The notes beneath the pieces were generated by a model. That model was not told the origin of the DNA and searched no databases. It worked only from the letters and a program-made list of their open reading frames with translations. From a virus (Duplodnaviria > Caudoviricetes), in the IMG/VR virus record IMGVR_UViG_3300025326_000088, positions 1 to 42,109 of that record: DNA of 42,109 bases, one strand, 5' to 3'. A program made the translations under genes and the position numbers. Shown here in pieces: positions 18,349 through 26,769 of the stretch (position 1 is the stretch's first letter; every line of letters starts with the position of its first letter).

Positions 18349-18648
18349 CGCCTTTAATTGTTGTATCCAATCCCAAACCAGACTATTATAATTTTTGTTA
18401 TGGTGATTTTTCTTTATTTTGTCTTCCATGTCATTGATAAAGTTGTCAAGAGATATTAATCGTTGCTTCATTTGTTCATATTCATTAAGGGGCAGGCTAA
18501 CCACTGGCTGCTCCCGAACGGAAGGGGCTGAGATTTCTTTTATTGCATTTATAATTTGGGCTATTTGACATCGCACGGAATATGTAGAGCCAAGTTCAAC
18601 TTCTATTCCATGTTTTTTTAGTAATTCAATTATTTTTTTATCAGTCAT
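18343..18648 (-). CDS. Cassette-borne hypothetical protein
   Basis: RBS and ATG lie in the attC-5 right arm; stop lies in the attC-4 R' box. Confidence 0.7.
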   Translation of the reverse strand: MTDKKIIELLKKHGIEVELGSTYSVRCQIAQIINAIKEISAPSVREQPVVSLPLNEYEQMKQRLISLDNFINDMEDKIKKNHHNKNYNSLVWDWIQQLKAV

Positions 18649-18669
18649 AGAGAGCCTCGTTTGTTAGAT
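18495..18669 (+). mobile_element. Long, degenerate attC site (attC-5, 175 bp)
   Basis: GGCTAAC-CACT-GGCT[G]CTC ... GAGAGCC-TCGTTT-GTTAGAT; extra G at the canonical position; loop is coding. Confidence 0.6.
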
Positions 18670-18715
18670 TTGCGCTTTTTCCAACTTATTTTTCATCGGC
18701 ATTTTTATTCTCCTA

Positions 18716-18970
18716 TTATTTTTCCAAATATTTTTTATAATATTCCCAAGTTAATAATGATATTTGACTTGCTGTTTTAACTTTTTGATTGGATTGAAAT
18801 ATTTCTTTAATAGACAATTTTGCTAATGCAATTTTTTGTTTTAATGGGATTAGTTCATTTGGTATTACTATAACAGATTTTTTAATTTTACCATCTATTT
18901 CTAATTGTATCCCAGCTCCGGATGTTCCTGATGGTGATGTTATATTGTTACTAATTATTATTCGTTTCAT
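18716..18970 (-). CDS. Hypothetical protein
   Basis: Coupled ORF. Confidence 0.55.
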   Translation of the reverse strand: MKRIIISNNITSPSGTSGAGIQLEIDGKIKKSVIVIPNELIPLKQKIALAKLSIKEIFQSNQKVKTASQISLLTWEYYKKYLEK

Positions 18971-19242
18971 ATATTTATCTTCTTGTTTGCATGTTCTGCT
19001 ATTATTTTATCAATCCAGTTCTTGTGTATCCAAATCCAATTTTTTTTACCATTTGGAGATACTCCATGGTTGTCGATTCTTAATACGGATTTAGGTACAA
19101 ATGAAGTTAAATGGTTTTTAAGTTTAAATAATATTGCTTTTTGTGTTTGTGAAATAGCATAGACATATTTAAATGGTTGAAAATTGTCTATTTCTTGTAT
19201 ATCTAATATTTTAAGATATGGCTGCCATTCATGGGTTTTCAT
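18967..19242 (-). CDS. Hypothetical phage protein (TQKAILF...VPKS motif)
   Basis: Recurrent phage beta-barrel motif. Confidence 0.65.
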   Translation of the reverse strand: MKTHEWQPYLKILDIQEIDNFQPFKYVYAISQTQKAILFKLKNHLTSFVPKSVLRIDNHGVSPNGKKNWIWIHKNWIDKIIAEHANKKINI

Positions 19243-19245
19243 AGT

Positions 19246-19467
19246 TTAATTCCAAATTATTAACATATTATAAGGTTCAAGAATTATTCGTGTTCCACTA
19301 AATTTTAATTCTTTTTTTTCTATAAAGCGTTCAAAGATATAAAATTCTTCTTGATGTAAGATTGGTGTTTTTATTAATGTGTTTTTATTTTGCGATGCTA
19401 TTATGTTTATTTGATGAAATAATTTTGTGTTTGTCATGTTATTTTCAAATATTTGGAAATGTTCCAA
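19246..19467 (-). CDS. Hypothetical protein
   Basis: ORF in the operon. Confidence 0.45.
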   Translation of the reverse strand: MEHFQIFENNMTNTKLFHQINIIASQNKNTLIKTPILHQEEFYIFERFIEKKELKFSGTRIILEPYNMLIIWN

Positions 19468-19762
19468 TTCCCATGATTTCAGTTATTCTGTATCTAAAAA
19501 TTAATATTTGTTTTTCAAATTGTGGTTTTTCTGTTTCTATTGTCGACATTACCGGGACATCAAATTCTGATTGTAAACTAATGATTCCAGATTCATCGTC
19601 AAAGTGATGTTTCTTTCCAGAAATTTTTTGACCATTTTTGAAATGGATAACAAATTTTTGTCCTACGTTAAGATTTTTTAATACTTGCCATATCCCAGCA
19701 AGGGACAATAAATCTTCTGATATATTGTTTAAATCTTCTGGTTCTTTATATTCATTTGACAT
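19445..19762 (-). CDS. Hypothetical protein, possible Sm-like fold
   Basis: GQKFVIHFKNGQKISG pattern; GGAGG RBS. Confidence 0.55.
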   Translation of the reverse strand: MSNEYKEPEDLNNISEDLLSLAGIWQVLKNLNVGQKFVIHFKNGQKISGKKHHFDDESGIISLQSEFDVPVMSTIETEKPQFEKQILIFRYRITEIMGIGTFPNI

Positions 19763-19965
19763 TATGCCTCCATTAATAATTCATGTTTCTGTTGAAAATT
19801 CTTTTTGGTTAATTTTCCTTTTGAATATTCTATCAGTGTTTGTTTGATACTATGAAGTAACAACTCATTTATAGATATTCCAAGAGTAGCGGCAGCAGAT
19901 TTAAATTGACTGCGTTGTGTTGATGTTTCAAAGTCCATAACATATTTTGTTGTTTTATATCCCAT
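19762..19965 (-). CDS. Ribbon-helix-helix (Arc/CopG-like) DNA-binding protein
   Basis: Alternating beta strand KYVMDF followed by FKSAAATLGISINELL helices. Confidence 0.7.
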   Translation of the reverse strand: MGYKTTKYVMDFETSTQRSQFKSAAATLGISINELLLHSIKQTLIEYSKGKLTKKNFQQKHELLMEA

Positions 19966-19994
19966 GTTATATTTTCCTGTCTTTAAATATCATA

Positions 19995-20027
19995 AATAAA
20001 TATAATAAATATAATAAATATAGTCAA
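19995..20027 (-). promoter_or_regulatory. Promoter P4 overlapped by three 9-bp direct repeats
   Basis: TTGACT-N17-TATATT; AATAAATAT x3 at 19995-20021. Confidence 0.7.
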
Positions 20028-20129
20028 GTTTTTTATTTTTTGAGTTAAGTTTAATAAAATCAATAAGTTATATTAACAATTTAAAATTGATTGAATTAGA
20101 GAGCTCAAAACTCTACATTGTATATCAGA

Positions 20130-21062
20130 ATGAGTATTTATAATGAAAAAGAACGTGAAGTCGGGTTGTTTAAAAGTAATTTTAGTGAAGAAGGAATTAG
20201 ATTTCGTTGTTTAAGAAAAAAAGAAAATGAACGTTGGCAATGGTTGGGGTTGTCTAAATTTTATAATGGAGTTCATTATGCTGAAATTTACACACTCGAA
20301 CAAGCAATTCAAAAAAATATTGATCCTCGCAAAGATTGGCGCATTCCACTTAAATCAGAAAAACATTATTTTGTTCCAAATGTTTATGCCCAAAAAAACG
20401 ATTGGGTTATAACGGAAGTACCTGGTCCATTGGAAGAATTTTGGATTATGCAAGTGCTTTGGAGGTGTGATTCATTAAAAGGAGATTTGTCGCATATTAG
20501 AACTGCTACTGGAACATATTTTGTAGATAAATTTGGAAGAAAAACTAAATTATTTGATGGGACAGATTTAAAAGGACAATATCATATTTCAACATCAGAA
20601 GCATATCAAGTTAAAAGTAACATTAATCAAAAAAGAATTAAATTATTAGTTACATTTATAGTCGCTCTTATTAAACAATATGGAGCATTTAATAAAGAAA
20701 TTGTAATGATGGCTTATAGGTCTGCCTATGGGAATGATGCAAGTTGGCAGAAAGTCGTCTTAATTATGAAAAGCGAGCCAATCATGAGTGAAGTAGCAAA
20801 ACAATTAGCGGATTTGTTAAAAGAGAGGGGGGCATCGCCAGAATTTGTTGTAGATAATTTTGTTGATATGGCCAAAAGTGAATATGATAAAGACCCAAAG
20901 CGTAGGGAAAGGATTAATCGTTTGCTTGGGTTAATGAATAATTTGCCAACGCTTGAGGATGCAAAACAACTTGGGGAAGGAAATGGGAAAGCGATTCCAG
21001 CAAAGTTTAGGGATGTTGAAGAAGTAGAAGTAACAAATGATTTGGAAAAAATTGAAGAATAA
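20130..21062 (+). CDS. Putative terminase small subunit with N-terminal extension
   Basis: Directly upstream of and coupled to TerL; the C-half AYRSAY...IMSEV...L...G...EFVV is TerS-like. Confidence 0.55.
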   Translation: MSIYNEKEREVGLFKSNFSEEGIRFRCLRKKENERWQWLGLSKFYNGVHYAEIYTLEQAIQKNIDPRKDWRIPLKSEKHYFVPNVYAQKNDWVITEVPGPLEEFWIMQVLWRCDSLKGDLSHIRTATGTYFVDKFGRKTKLFDGTDLKGQYHISTSEAYQVKSNINQKRIKLLVTFIVALIKQYGAFNKEIVMMAYRSAYGNDASWQKVVLIMKSEPIMSEVAKQLADLLKERGASPEFVVDNFVDMAKSEYDKDPKRRERINRLLGLMNNLPTLEDAKQLGEGNGKAIPAKFRDVEEVEVTNDLEKIEE

Positions 21063-22831
21063 TGGATTCTGATAAAAAACAACAATTTAGGGATATTATT
21101 AACACTGAACCTATTTGGGGCAAAGCTGGAAATGCCATGGTTAAAGTGTTATTTCCTTATGCTTTTCGTAGGGCTGGCGGAGAATTATCTATATTTGCCA
21201 GATATATTCTTTGGGCGTTAATTAATCATTTAAAAATAATTGTTCAACTTCCCCGGTTCCATGCCAAATCTACTGTAATAACTTTCCTTTATGTAATGTA
21301 TTGTATTCTTATTAAGAAGAAAAAGTACATTCTTATTTTATCTTCAACTGGTGGACAGGCCGTTAAATTTTTAATGCGTATTCGTGTTTATTTACAAAGT
21401 AGAAAAATGCGAACATATTATGGTGATATCGGCCGAGCCGTTGATATTAAAGATGTAAATGAGTCATTTGAATATGTTGAAGAAGATGGTAAAAAGAGAT
21501 CACGTGTTTGGAATTTTAAAGAAATTTACATAGAACCTTGGGGTATTAGAATTATGGCATCTTCTATTAAATCCGCTAATAGAGGATTGCTTAGTGTTGA
21601 TGATCGACCAGATTTAATTATATTTGATGATGTTGAAGACAGAAAGAATACCAATACGTTGGAGTTGCGGCAAAAATTAATTGAAGATATTTTTGAAGAA
21701 ATTATTCCTGCCGGAGATATTGATTGTCAATTTATCGCAGTTGGAACTATTTGTCATTTTGGTTCTTATTTGTTAAAATTAAAACAATCTGATTCTTGGT
21801 TTAAAATTCCGATGGAAAGATCAACAGATACGATTGAAAATATTTTAAAGTTAAACGATTTGCTTCCAAGTGAATTTCCAAAAGAATATAGATTTAATCC
21901 AAGATCAGAATATTTTACACAGGATCAAATTGGTATTGATGGACATAAATATTTTAAAGGACAGGAAACCCCGGAAGTAGCTTTATGGCAAGGTATTTAT
22001 GATTATGAATATTTTTGCGATAAAAGAGAAGAAGCTGCTGCCGTTGGGGTATTGCCTTCTTTTTGGCAAGAACGATATAATATTCCTAAAACAAATGAAT
22101 CCAGAGTATTTACAGAATTTCGGTATGTTCAAGGATTAGAAATTAAATATTTGTTTAATGAACTTATTCTTGAAGCAAACGTTGAAAGTCCATTTGTATT
22201 TCCAAATGGAAGAAAAGTTTGTAATGTTCTTTCATTTATTGGTGGCGACCTTGCTGTAAGCGAAGCAACGAGTGCTGATTGGAGAGCATTTTTTATTGGA
22301 TTTACTGATCCTTGGGGAAATGTGTATGTATTGCCTCCTTATAGAACAAAAGAACCTGATCCTTTTATTATTGGAAAATGGATATTAACAAAACATAATA
22401 AATATAATTTTGAATCAGGAACGTTTGATGGTCAGCATTTTCAGAAATGGTTTGGGAGAATTTTAAAACATTTAGTTGTGCATGAAAAGAATAAAGATGG
22501 AGAGAAAGAATATAGCAAATTAAAAGTGTATCAAGAACCAAGAAGCGAGCAAAAAGAACAGGTAATTTCTGGTACATTGGCTCCATATATTACTGGAGAG
22601 AAATTATATTTTGTTGGAAATCCATCTGAATTTAAAGAAACTGTTGATGAATTAATGTATTTAGGATATTGGGACACTGATGATCTTGCTGACGCTTTAA
22701 CGTATTTTTGTTCACATTTAAAATTTCCCGCTTTTATTGATTTTGATTTTATTAGGCCAATGGGACAAATTTCAGCAAGATCGGCATGGTACGATGATAT
22801 ACCAATAGAAAGAAGAGCATGGCTTTCGTAA
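21062..22831 (+). CDS. terL: Terminase large subunit
   Basis: PRFHAKST Walker A, LIIFDDVE Walker B, VGT coupling motif, GGDLA and DDLADAL nuclease motifs. Confidence 0.93.
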   Translation: MDSDKKQQFRDIINTEPIWGKAGNAMVKVLFPYAFRRAGGELSIFARYILWALINHLKIIVQLPRFHAKSTVITFLYVMYCILIKKKKYILILSSTGGQAVKFLMRIRVYLQSRKMRTYYGDIGRAVDIKDVNESFEYVEEDGKKRSRVWNFKEIYIEPWGIRIMASSIKSANRGLLSVDDRPDLIIFDDVEDRKNTNTLELRQKLIEDIFEEIIPAGDIDCQFIAVGTICHFGSYLLKLKQSDSWFKIPMERSTDTIENILKLNDLLPSEFPKEYRFNPRSEYFTQDQIGIDGHKYFKGQETPEVALWQGIYDYEYFCDKREEAAAVGVLPSFWQERYNIPKTNESRVFTEFRYVQGLEIKYLFNELILEANVESPFVFPNGRKVCNVLSFIGGDLAVSEATSADWRAFFIGFTDPWGNVYVLPPYRTKEPDPFIIGKWILTKHNKYNFESGTFDGQHFQKWFGRILKHLVVHEKNKDGEKEYSKLKVYQEPRSEQKEQVISGTLAPYITGEKLYFVGNPSEFKETVDELMYLGYWDTDDLADALTYFCSHLKFPAFIDFDFIRPMGQISARSAWYDDIPIERRAWLS

Positions 22832-22868
22832 ATAATAAATGTTTAATTAATAATTAAGAGGTTGTAGG

Positions 22869-23855
22869 ATGAATAAATTATTTAGTTTTATTTTAGTATT
22901 GTTAATGGTAATTCCATTATATTTGTTTTCTCAAGACGGTGAAGGGATTGGTCCATTTGGTAGAAATATTGGCAGCGTATACAATAGACCCGTGTTTTCA
23001 CGTGGAGCTTCTTTTTATGCAGATTGGTCTCTTAGTTTTAGAAATAGATATAATCTTATGTATTCTTCTGATGATTCTTCGATGGTTTGGCATGTTGATA
23101 CTCTTACTTTTAACATTGATTATATTAAACAAGGTCAAGGATTTTGGGCTAATTGTCCTTTGCCAATATCTGATCCATCTGGAAGTTTTCGATATTTTGA
23201 AGATTTTATTGGGATTCCATTTGTAGTTACAACTAATGCTTGGGAAGGATGGAAGGCTACTGGAGATGCTTCTTATGTTATAGCTTCCGCCGCGGGTAAT
23301 CTTGGTGGTATCGTAAGTGTTACTCCGGTTACTGCAAGCAATAATGAAATTTATTTTCAACTTGGGGAGCTTGGTACAGAGACATTTATTGAGTATACAG
23401 GGGATAGTGGTTTACAAAGTTGGGTTGAATTTAGAATATCCACAGATGCGGTAACGGATGCCGGTATTATATTTGTTGGATTGGCAGAAGAAGGTTCTTC
23501 TGCTGCTGATTTTCTTAATGATGATGGCGCTGATGTGGCGGATAAAGATGTGGTTGGGTTTTGTGTATTTGAAGCTAATCCAGATACGGTGACATTTATT
23601 TATCAAACAAGTGGAAGCGCATTCGTTACTGACACATTGTCTGTTATTACTACCGCATATTTTACCGCTGGATTGCATTTTGATGGAGTTACTACTGTTG
23701 ATATTTATATAAATGGCACTCAAGTATCTACCGTAGAAACGGATGTTGCTGGTTTTCCAGATGGTGAAGAATTGTCTCCAATTGTAGCTGTGAAAAATGG
23801 AGCAGCAGATAAAACAGTTTATTTAGATTGGATTAAATTTGTAAATGAAAGATAA
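22869..23855 (+). CDS. Signal-peptide-bearing beta-sandwich (ConA/LamG-like) protein, possibly virion-associated
   Basis: MNKLFSFILVLLMVIPLYLFS-Q leader; acidic beta-rich body ending VYLDWIKF. Confidence 0.6.
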   Translation: MNKLFSFILVLLMVIPLYLFSQDGEGIGPFGRNIGSVYNRPVFSRGASFYADWSLSFRNRYNLMYSSDDSSMVWHVDTLTFNIDYIKQGQGFWANCPLPISDPSGSFRYFEDFIGIPFVVTTNAWEGWKATGDASYVIASAAGNLGGIVSVTPVTASNNEIYFQLGELGTETFIEYTGDSGLQSWVEFRISTDAVTDAGIIFVGLAEEGSSAADFLNDDGADVADKDVVGFCVFEANPDTVTFIYQTSGSAFVTDTLSVITTAYFTAGLHFDGVTTVDIYINGTQVSTVETDVAGFPDGEELSPIVAVKNGAADKTVYLDWIKFVNER

Positions 23856-23867
23856 TTTGATGTCAAG

Positions 23868-24053
23868 ATGGCTAAAATGAAAAATAGATTACAAAAGTTG
23901 GATAAAATAAGTTCTAAGATGATACATTGTTTTGTTTTAGTTTTAATTATTATGGTTGTGGTTTGGATAATTTTTGAACTTATTGTAGGCTATTCCACTT
24001 ATCGCAATTGGTGGTTAGTGTTTGAGAAACTTATGACGGATTTGTTTAAATGA
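23868..24053 (+). CDS. Small membrane protein
   Basis: One TM helix. Confidence 0.55.
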   Translation: MAKMKNRLQKLDKISSKMIHCFVLVLIIMVVVWIIFELIVGYSTYRNWWLVFEKLMTDLFK

Positions 24054-24406
24054 TTGAGATCATTATTGTCTATTTGATTATCCTGGAATTGAAGACCATA
24101 AGGGATATAATCTTGTTCCGATTCTCGATTTCAATTCTGACCAAATTGCCGGAGTGGTTGCGGCAATTTTTAAAAGGCAGTTATAACAATTACGATGTCA
24201 CTATGCGAGCGAATGTTTTTGATGGTTTTCATTTAACCGATGGAACAATCATTACTGGCAGTTTTGCATTGACGATGTATTTTAAATATGGACTGATAAT
24301 AATGCTGTGGACTATTCCGCTTTTTTGGATAATCTTTTACCCGGTGTTGTTCAATTTCAATTATCATTTCATACACACATTGAAAGCATTTAGAGATTAT
24401 GAATAA
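24050..24406 (+). CDS. Multi-TM membrane protein
   Basis: Hydrophobic segments; D.FH motif. Confidence 0.6.
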   Translation: MIEIIIVYLIILELKTIRDIILFRFSISILTKLPEWLRQFLKGSYNNYDVTMRANVFDGFHLTDGTIITGSFALTMYFKYGLIIMLWTIPLFWIIFYPVLFNFNYHFIHTLKAFRDYE

Positions 24407-24767
24407 AGTTTATGGATATTCTCTTTCATTAGATTTGCATGATTGTGATATTAAGAAATTTAATAGAAAATCAATTAAAATGTTTTTTAAAGTGCTTTGT
24501 CAATTTACAAATATGACGCCCGAAAAGTTATCATGGTGGGATTACGAAGGAGAAGATATGATTCATGTGCCTATTCATTTATCAGGAATATCGGCAGTGC
24601 AATTTATAACCACAAGTTCTATCGTTATACACAGTTTAGATAAATTAGGAAAAGTTTTTATTGATTTTTTTTCTTGTAAGGAATTTGATCCCAATCAGAT
24701 AAGAGAATTTTGTGCTAATTTTTTCGCAGGAGTAGAAAAACGATGGAGTTATTTTGAGAGAATTTAA
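24399..24767 (+). CDS. S-adenosylmethionine decarboxylase-like pyruvoyl enzyme
   Basis: YG..L.LDLHDC, GISAVQFITTSSIVIH, IDFFSCKEFD motifs. Confidence 0.85.
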   Translation: MNKVYGYSLSLDLHDCDIKKFNRKSIKMFFKVLCQFTNMTPEKLSWWDYEGEDMIHVPIHLSGISAVQFITTSSIVIHSLDKLGKVFIDFFSCKEFDPNQIREFCANFFAGVEKRWSYFERI

Positions 24768-25761
24768 TGTTGTTATGATTATTCCTACCGGCATCGGATG
24801 TACTATTGGTGGTCATGCAGGGGACGCTACACCTGCCGCGAGGCTTTTAGCATCTGTTTGTGACAATTTAATTGTACATCCGAATGTAGTTAATGCTTCT
24901 GATATTAATGAAATGACTGAAAATATGTGGTATGTTGAGGGAAGTATTCTTGATAGATTTTTGAAAGGAGAAATTGCGCTTTCAAAACTTGGTCAAAATA
25001 AAATTTTATTAGTAGTAAATAAACCGATTCGTGGAGATACAATTAATGCGGTTGCAGCAGTTCAACATACCTTGGGAATTGACATAGAAATCAAAGAACT
25101 TGACATTTCGTTGCTTATGAACGGAAGTTTTAATAATGATGGAACTGCGGGCGGAAGTTATTCGGGGGTTGAGGAGTTAGTTGAGCAAATAAAACAATAT
25201 GATTATGATGCTTTAGCCATTCATACTGAAGTCGAATTAAGTCGTGATATTGCTCTTAATTATTTTAAAAATGGTGGAGTTAATCCATGGGGTGGAATTG
25301 AAGCAATCGTTTCCAAATTAATCGCTACGGCAATAAATAAACCAGTAGCTCATGCTCCAATGGAACGTGAAGAAACTATTTTTGATAAAGAGTTAATTTT
25401 TTATTATAAAAATATTTCTTCTCAACCACGTACTTGTGCAGAATTATTGTCTACAACATATTTGCCATGTGTTCTGAAAGGATTAAATACAGCGCCTCGT
25501 ATTGATCCATATGGACGACAATTAAATTATCCTATGGATGTTTTGATTTCTCCAAATAATTGTTATGGGATGCCTCATAAAATTTGTGAGGAGCGAAATA
25601 TTCCCATTATTGCAGTGCGTGAAAATAACTGTTGCTTGAATAAGCCAATCCCAACTAATCACATTTTTGTTGAGAATTATTTAGAAGCTGCTGGTATTTT
25701 GGCTTGTATGCGAAGTTCTATTAATCCTAAATCAGTTTTGTATAATGTTAAAAGCATTTAG
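24754..25761 (+). CDS. DUF3326 family protein
   Basis: IPTGIGC.IGGHAGDA.P.ARLLA.VCD.LI.HPNV.N and GVNPWGG.EA..S...P.AHAP signatures. Confidence 0.85.
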   Translation: MREFNVVMIIPTGIGCTIGGHAGDATPAARLLASVCDNLIVHPNVVNASDINEMTENMWYVEGSILDRFLKGEIALSKLGQNKILLVVNKPIRGDTINAVAAVQHTLGIDIEIKELDISLLMNGSFNNDGTAGGSYSGVEELVEQIKQYDYDALAIHTEVELSRDIALNYFKNGGVNPWGGIEAIVSKLIATAINKPVAHAPMEREETIFDKELIFYYKNISSQPRTCAELLSTTYLPCVLKGLNTAPRIDPYGRQLNYPMDVLISPNNCYGMPHKICEERNIPIIAVRENNCCLNKPIPTNHIFVENYLEAAGILACMRSSINPKSVLYNVKSI

Positions 25762-25766
25762 AGATT

Positions 25767-26108
25767 ATGAAAGCAAGAGAAGATAAAATATTGCTATTAA
25801 TTATCATCATTGTTATCTTGATGCTAATCAGAATGGATGCACAGGATTTATCGAACGAAGCAAACTTAACCGATGAGGTATATCATGTTGAACAAATGTA
25901 TAATATTCTTAATCTTGATTCTCTTCGCGCTGAGTTTCAAGAGCTCGATCGCCAGCGATTTCAAATTCGCAGCAGCGGCTGGACTGGCGAGCTACGACTT
26001 CCACAACGATTGGGAAGCCTTAAAGACGCCACTTATGGGCGGTGTGGAATGGACAAAAGTCAAGAACCTTCCATTAGGGATTTTCATAGCGCCGACCATC
26101 GGCAATAA
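25767..26108 (+). CDS. N-terminally membrane-anchored protein (i-spanin-like)
   Basis: TM at residues 8-21 followed by a helical segment; overlaps the next gene out of frame. Confidence 0.45.
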   Translation: MKAREDKILLLIIIIVILMLIRMDAQDLSNEANLTDEVYHVEQMYNILNLDSLRAEFQELDRQRFQIRSSGWTGELRLPQRLGSLKDATYGRCGMDKSQEPSIRDFHSADHRQ

Positions 26109-26265
26109 GAACGGCAAAAATATTTCAACGCTCGATGCTATTTTCCATACTGATTTATTGTCAAAGTTTGGCATCGGATTCTCCGCACAATTTTATGATG
26201 TAAGAAAATCAGGATTAGTATTCTTCAGAAATCGAAAGTTAGTTTTGACATGGAGATTGCGTTGA
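25873..26265 (+). CDS. Secreted beta-strand protein (outer-membrane barrel-like)
   Basis: Signal peptide ending SIA; amphipathic strands; C-terminal LVLTWRLR. Confidence 0.55.
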   Translation: MRYIMLNKCIIFLILILFALSFKSSIASDFKFAAAAGLASYDFHNDWEALKTPLMGGVEWTKVKNLPLGIFIAPTIGNKNGKNISTLDAIFHTDLLSKFGIGFSAQFYDVRKSGLVFFRNRKLVLTWRLR

Positions 26266-26768
26266 ACAACTTCAGGGGCGTAAAATCAAGATATGATTAT
26301 AGTCTAAATTTCTTACAAAATTATGTAAAAACCTATGAAACGATTCTTGATTTGGGAGCAAAAAATAATTTATCACATAAAATGAAAAGACGAGGATTTG
26401 AAGTTGTTAATACAAATTACGATCTGGATTTGGAACCCGAAAAACTTGAGAAGGAATTTTATAACGTGGTAACTGCTTTTGAAATATTGGAACATTTGAT
26501 TGAACCTGCACAAGTTTTGAAAAGATTGAGTGGAAAATTATTGGCGTCTGTTCCATTAAATGTTTGGTTCTCCTCTCCGCATTGGACGACGGAGCCTTAT
26601 GAACAACATTATCAGGAATTTCATCCGCAGCAGTTTGACAAATTGCTCCGTTATTGTGGGTGGGTAATCGTAAAGAAAAAAAAGGTGAGAATTGTTAAAC
26701 GATTCGGCATAAGACAAATATTAAGTTTAATTTTTCCACGTTATTATTTTGTATATGCGGTAAAATAA
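26250..26768 (+). CDS. Class I SAM-dependent methyltransferase
   Basis: ILDLGA, VVTAFEILEHL..P, ASVP, HYQEF. Confidence 0.85.
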   Translation: MEIALNNFRGVKSRYDYSLNFLQNYVKTYETILDLGAKNNLSHKMKRRGFEVVNTNYDLDLEPEKLEKEFYNVVTAFEILEHLIEPAQVLKRLSGKLLASVPLNVWFSSPHWTTEPYEQHYQEFHPQQFDKLLRYCGWVIVKKKKVRIVKRFGIRQILSLIFPRYYFVYAVK

Positions 26769-26769
26769 T

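Noticed and set aside
16381-18716. Complete integron (intI plus attI) or IS element
   Set aside because: No tyrosine recombinase or transposase motifs in any ORF of the window; only attC-like sites.
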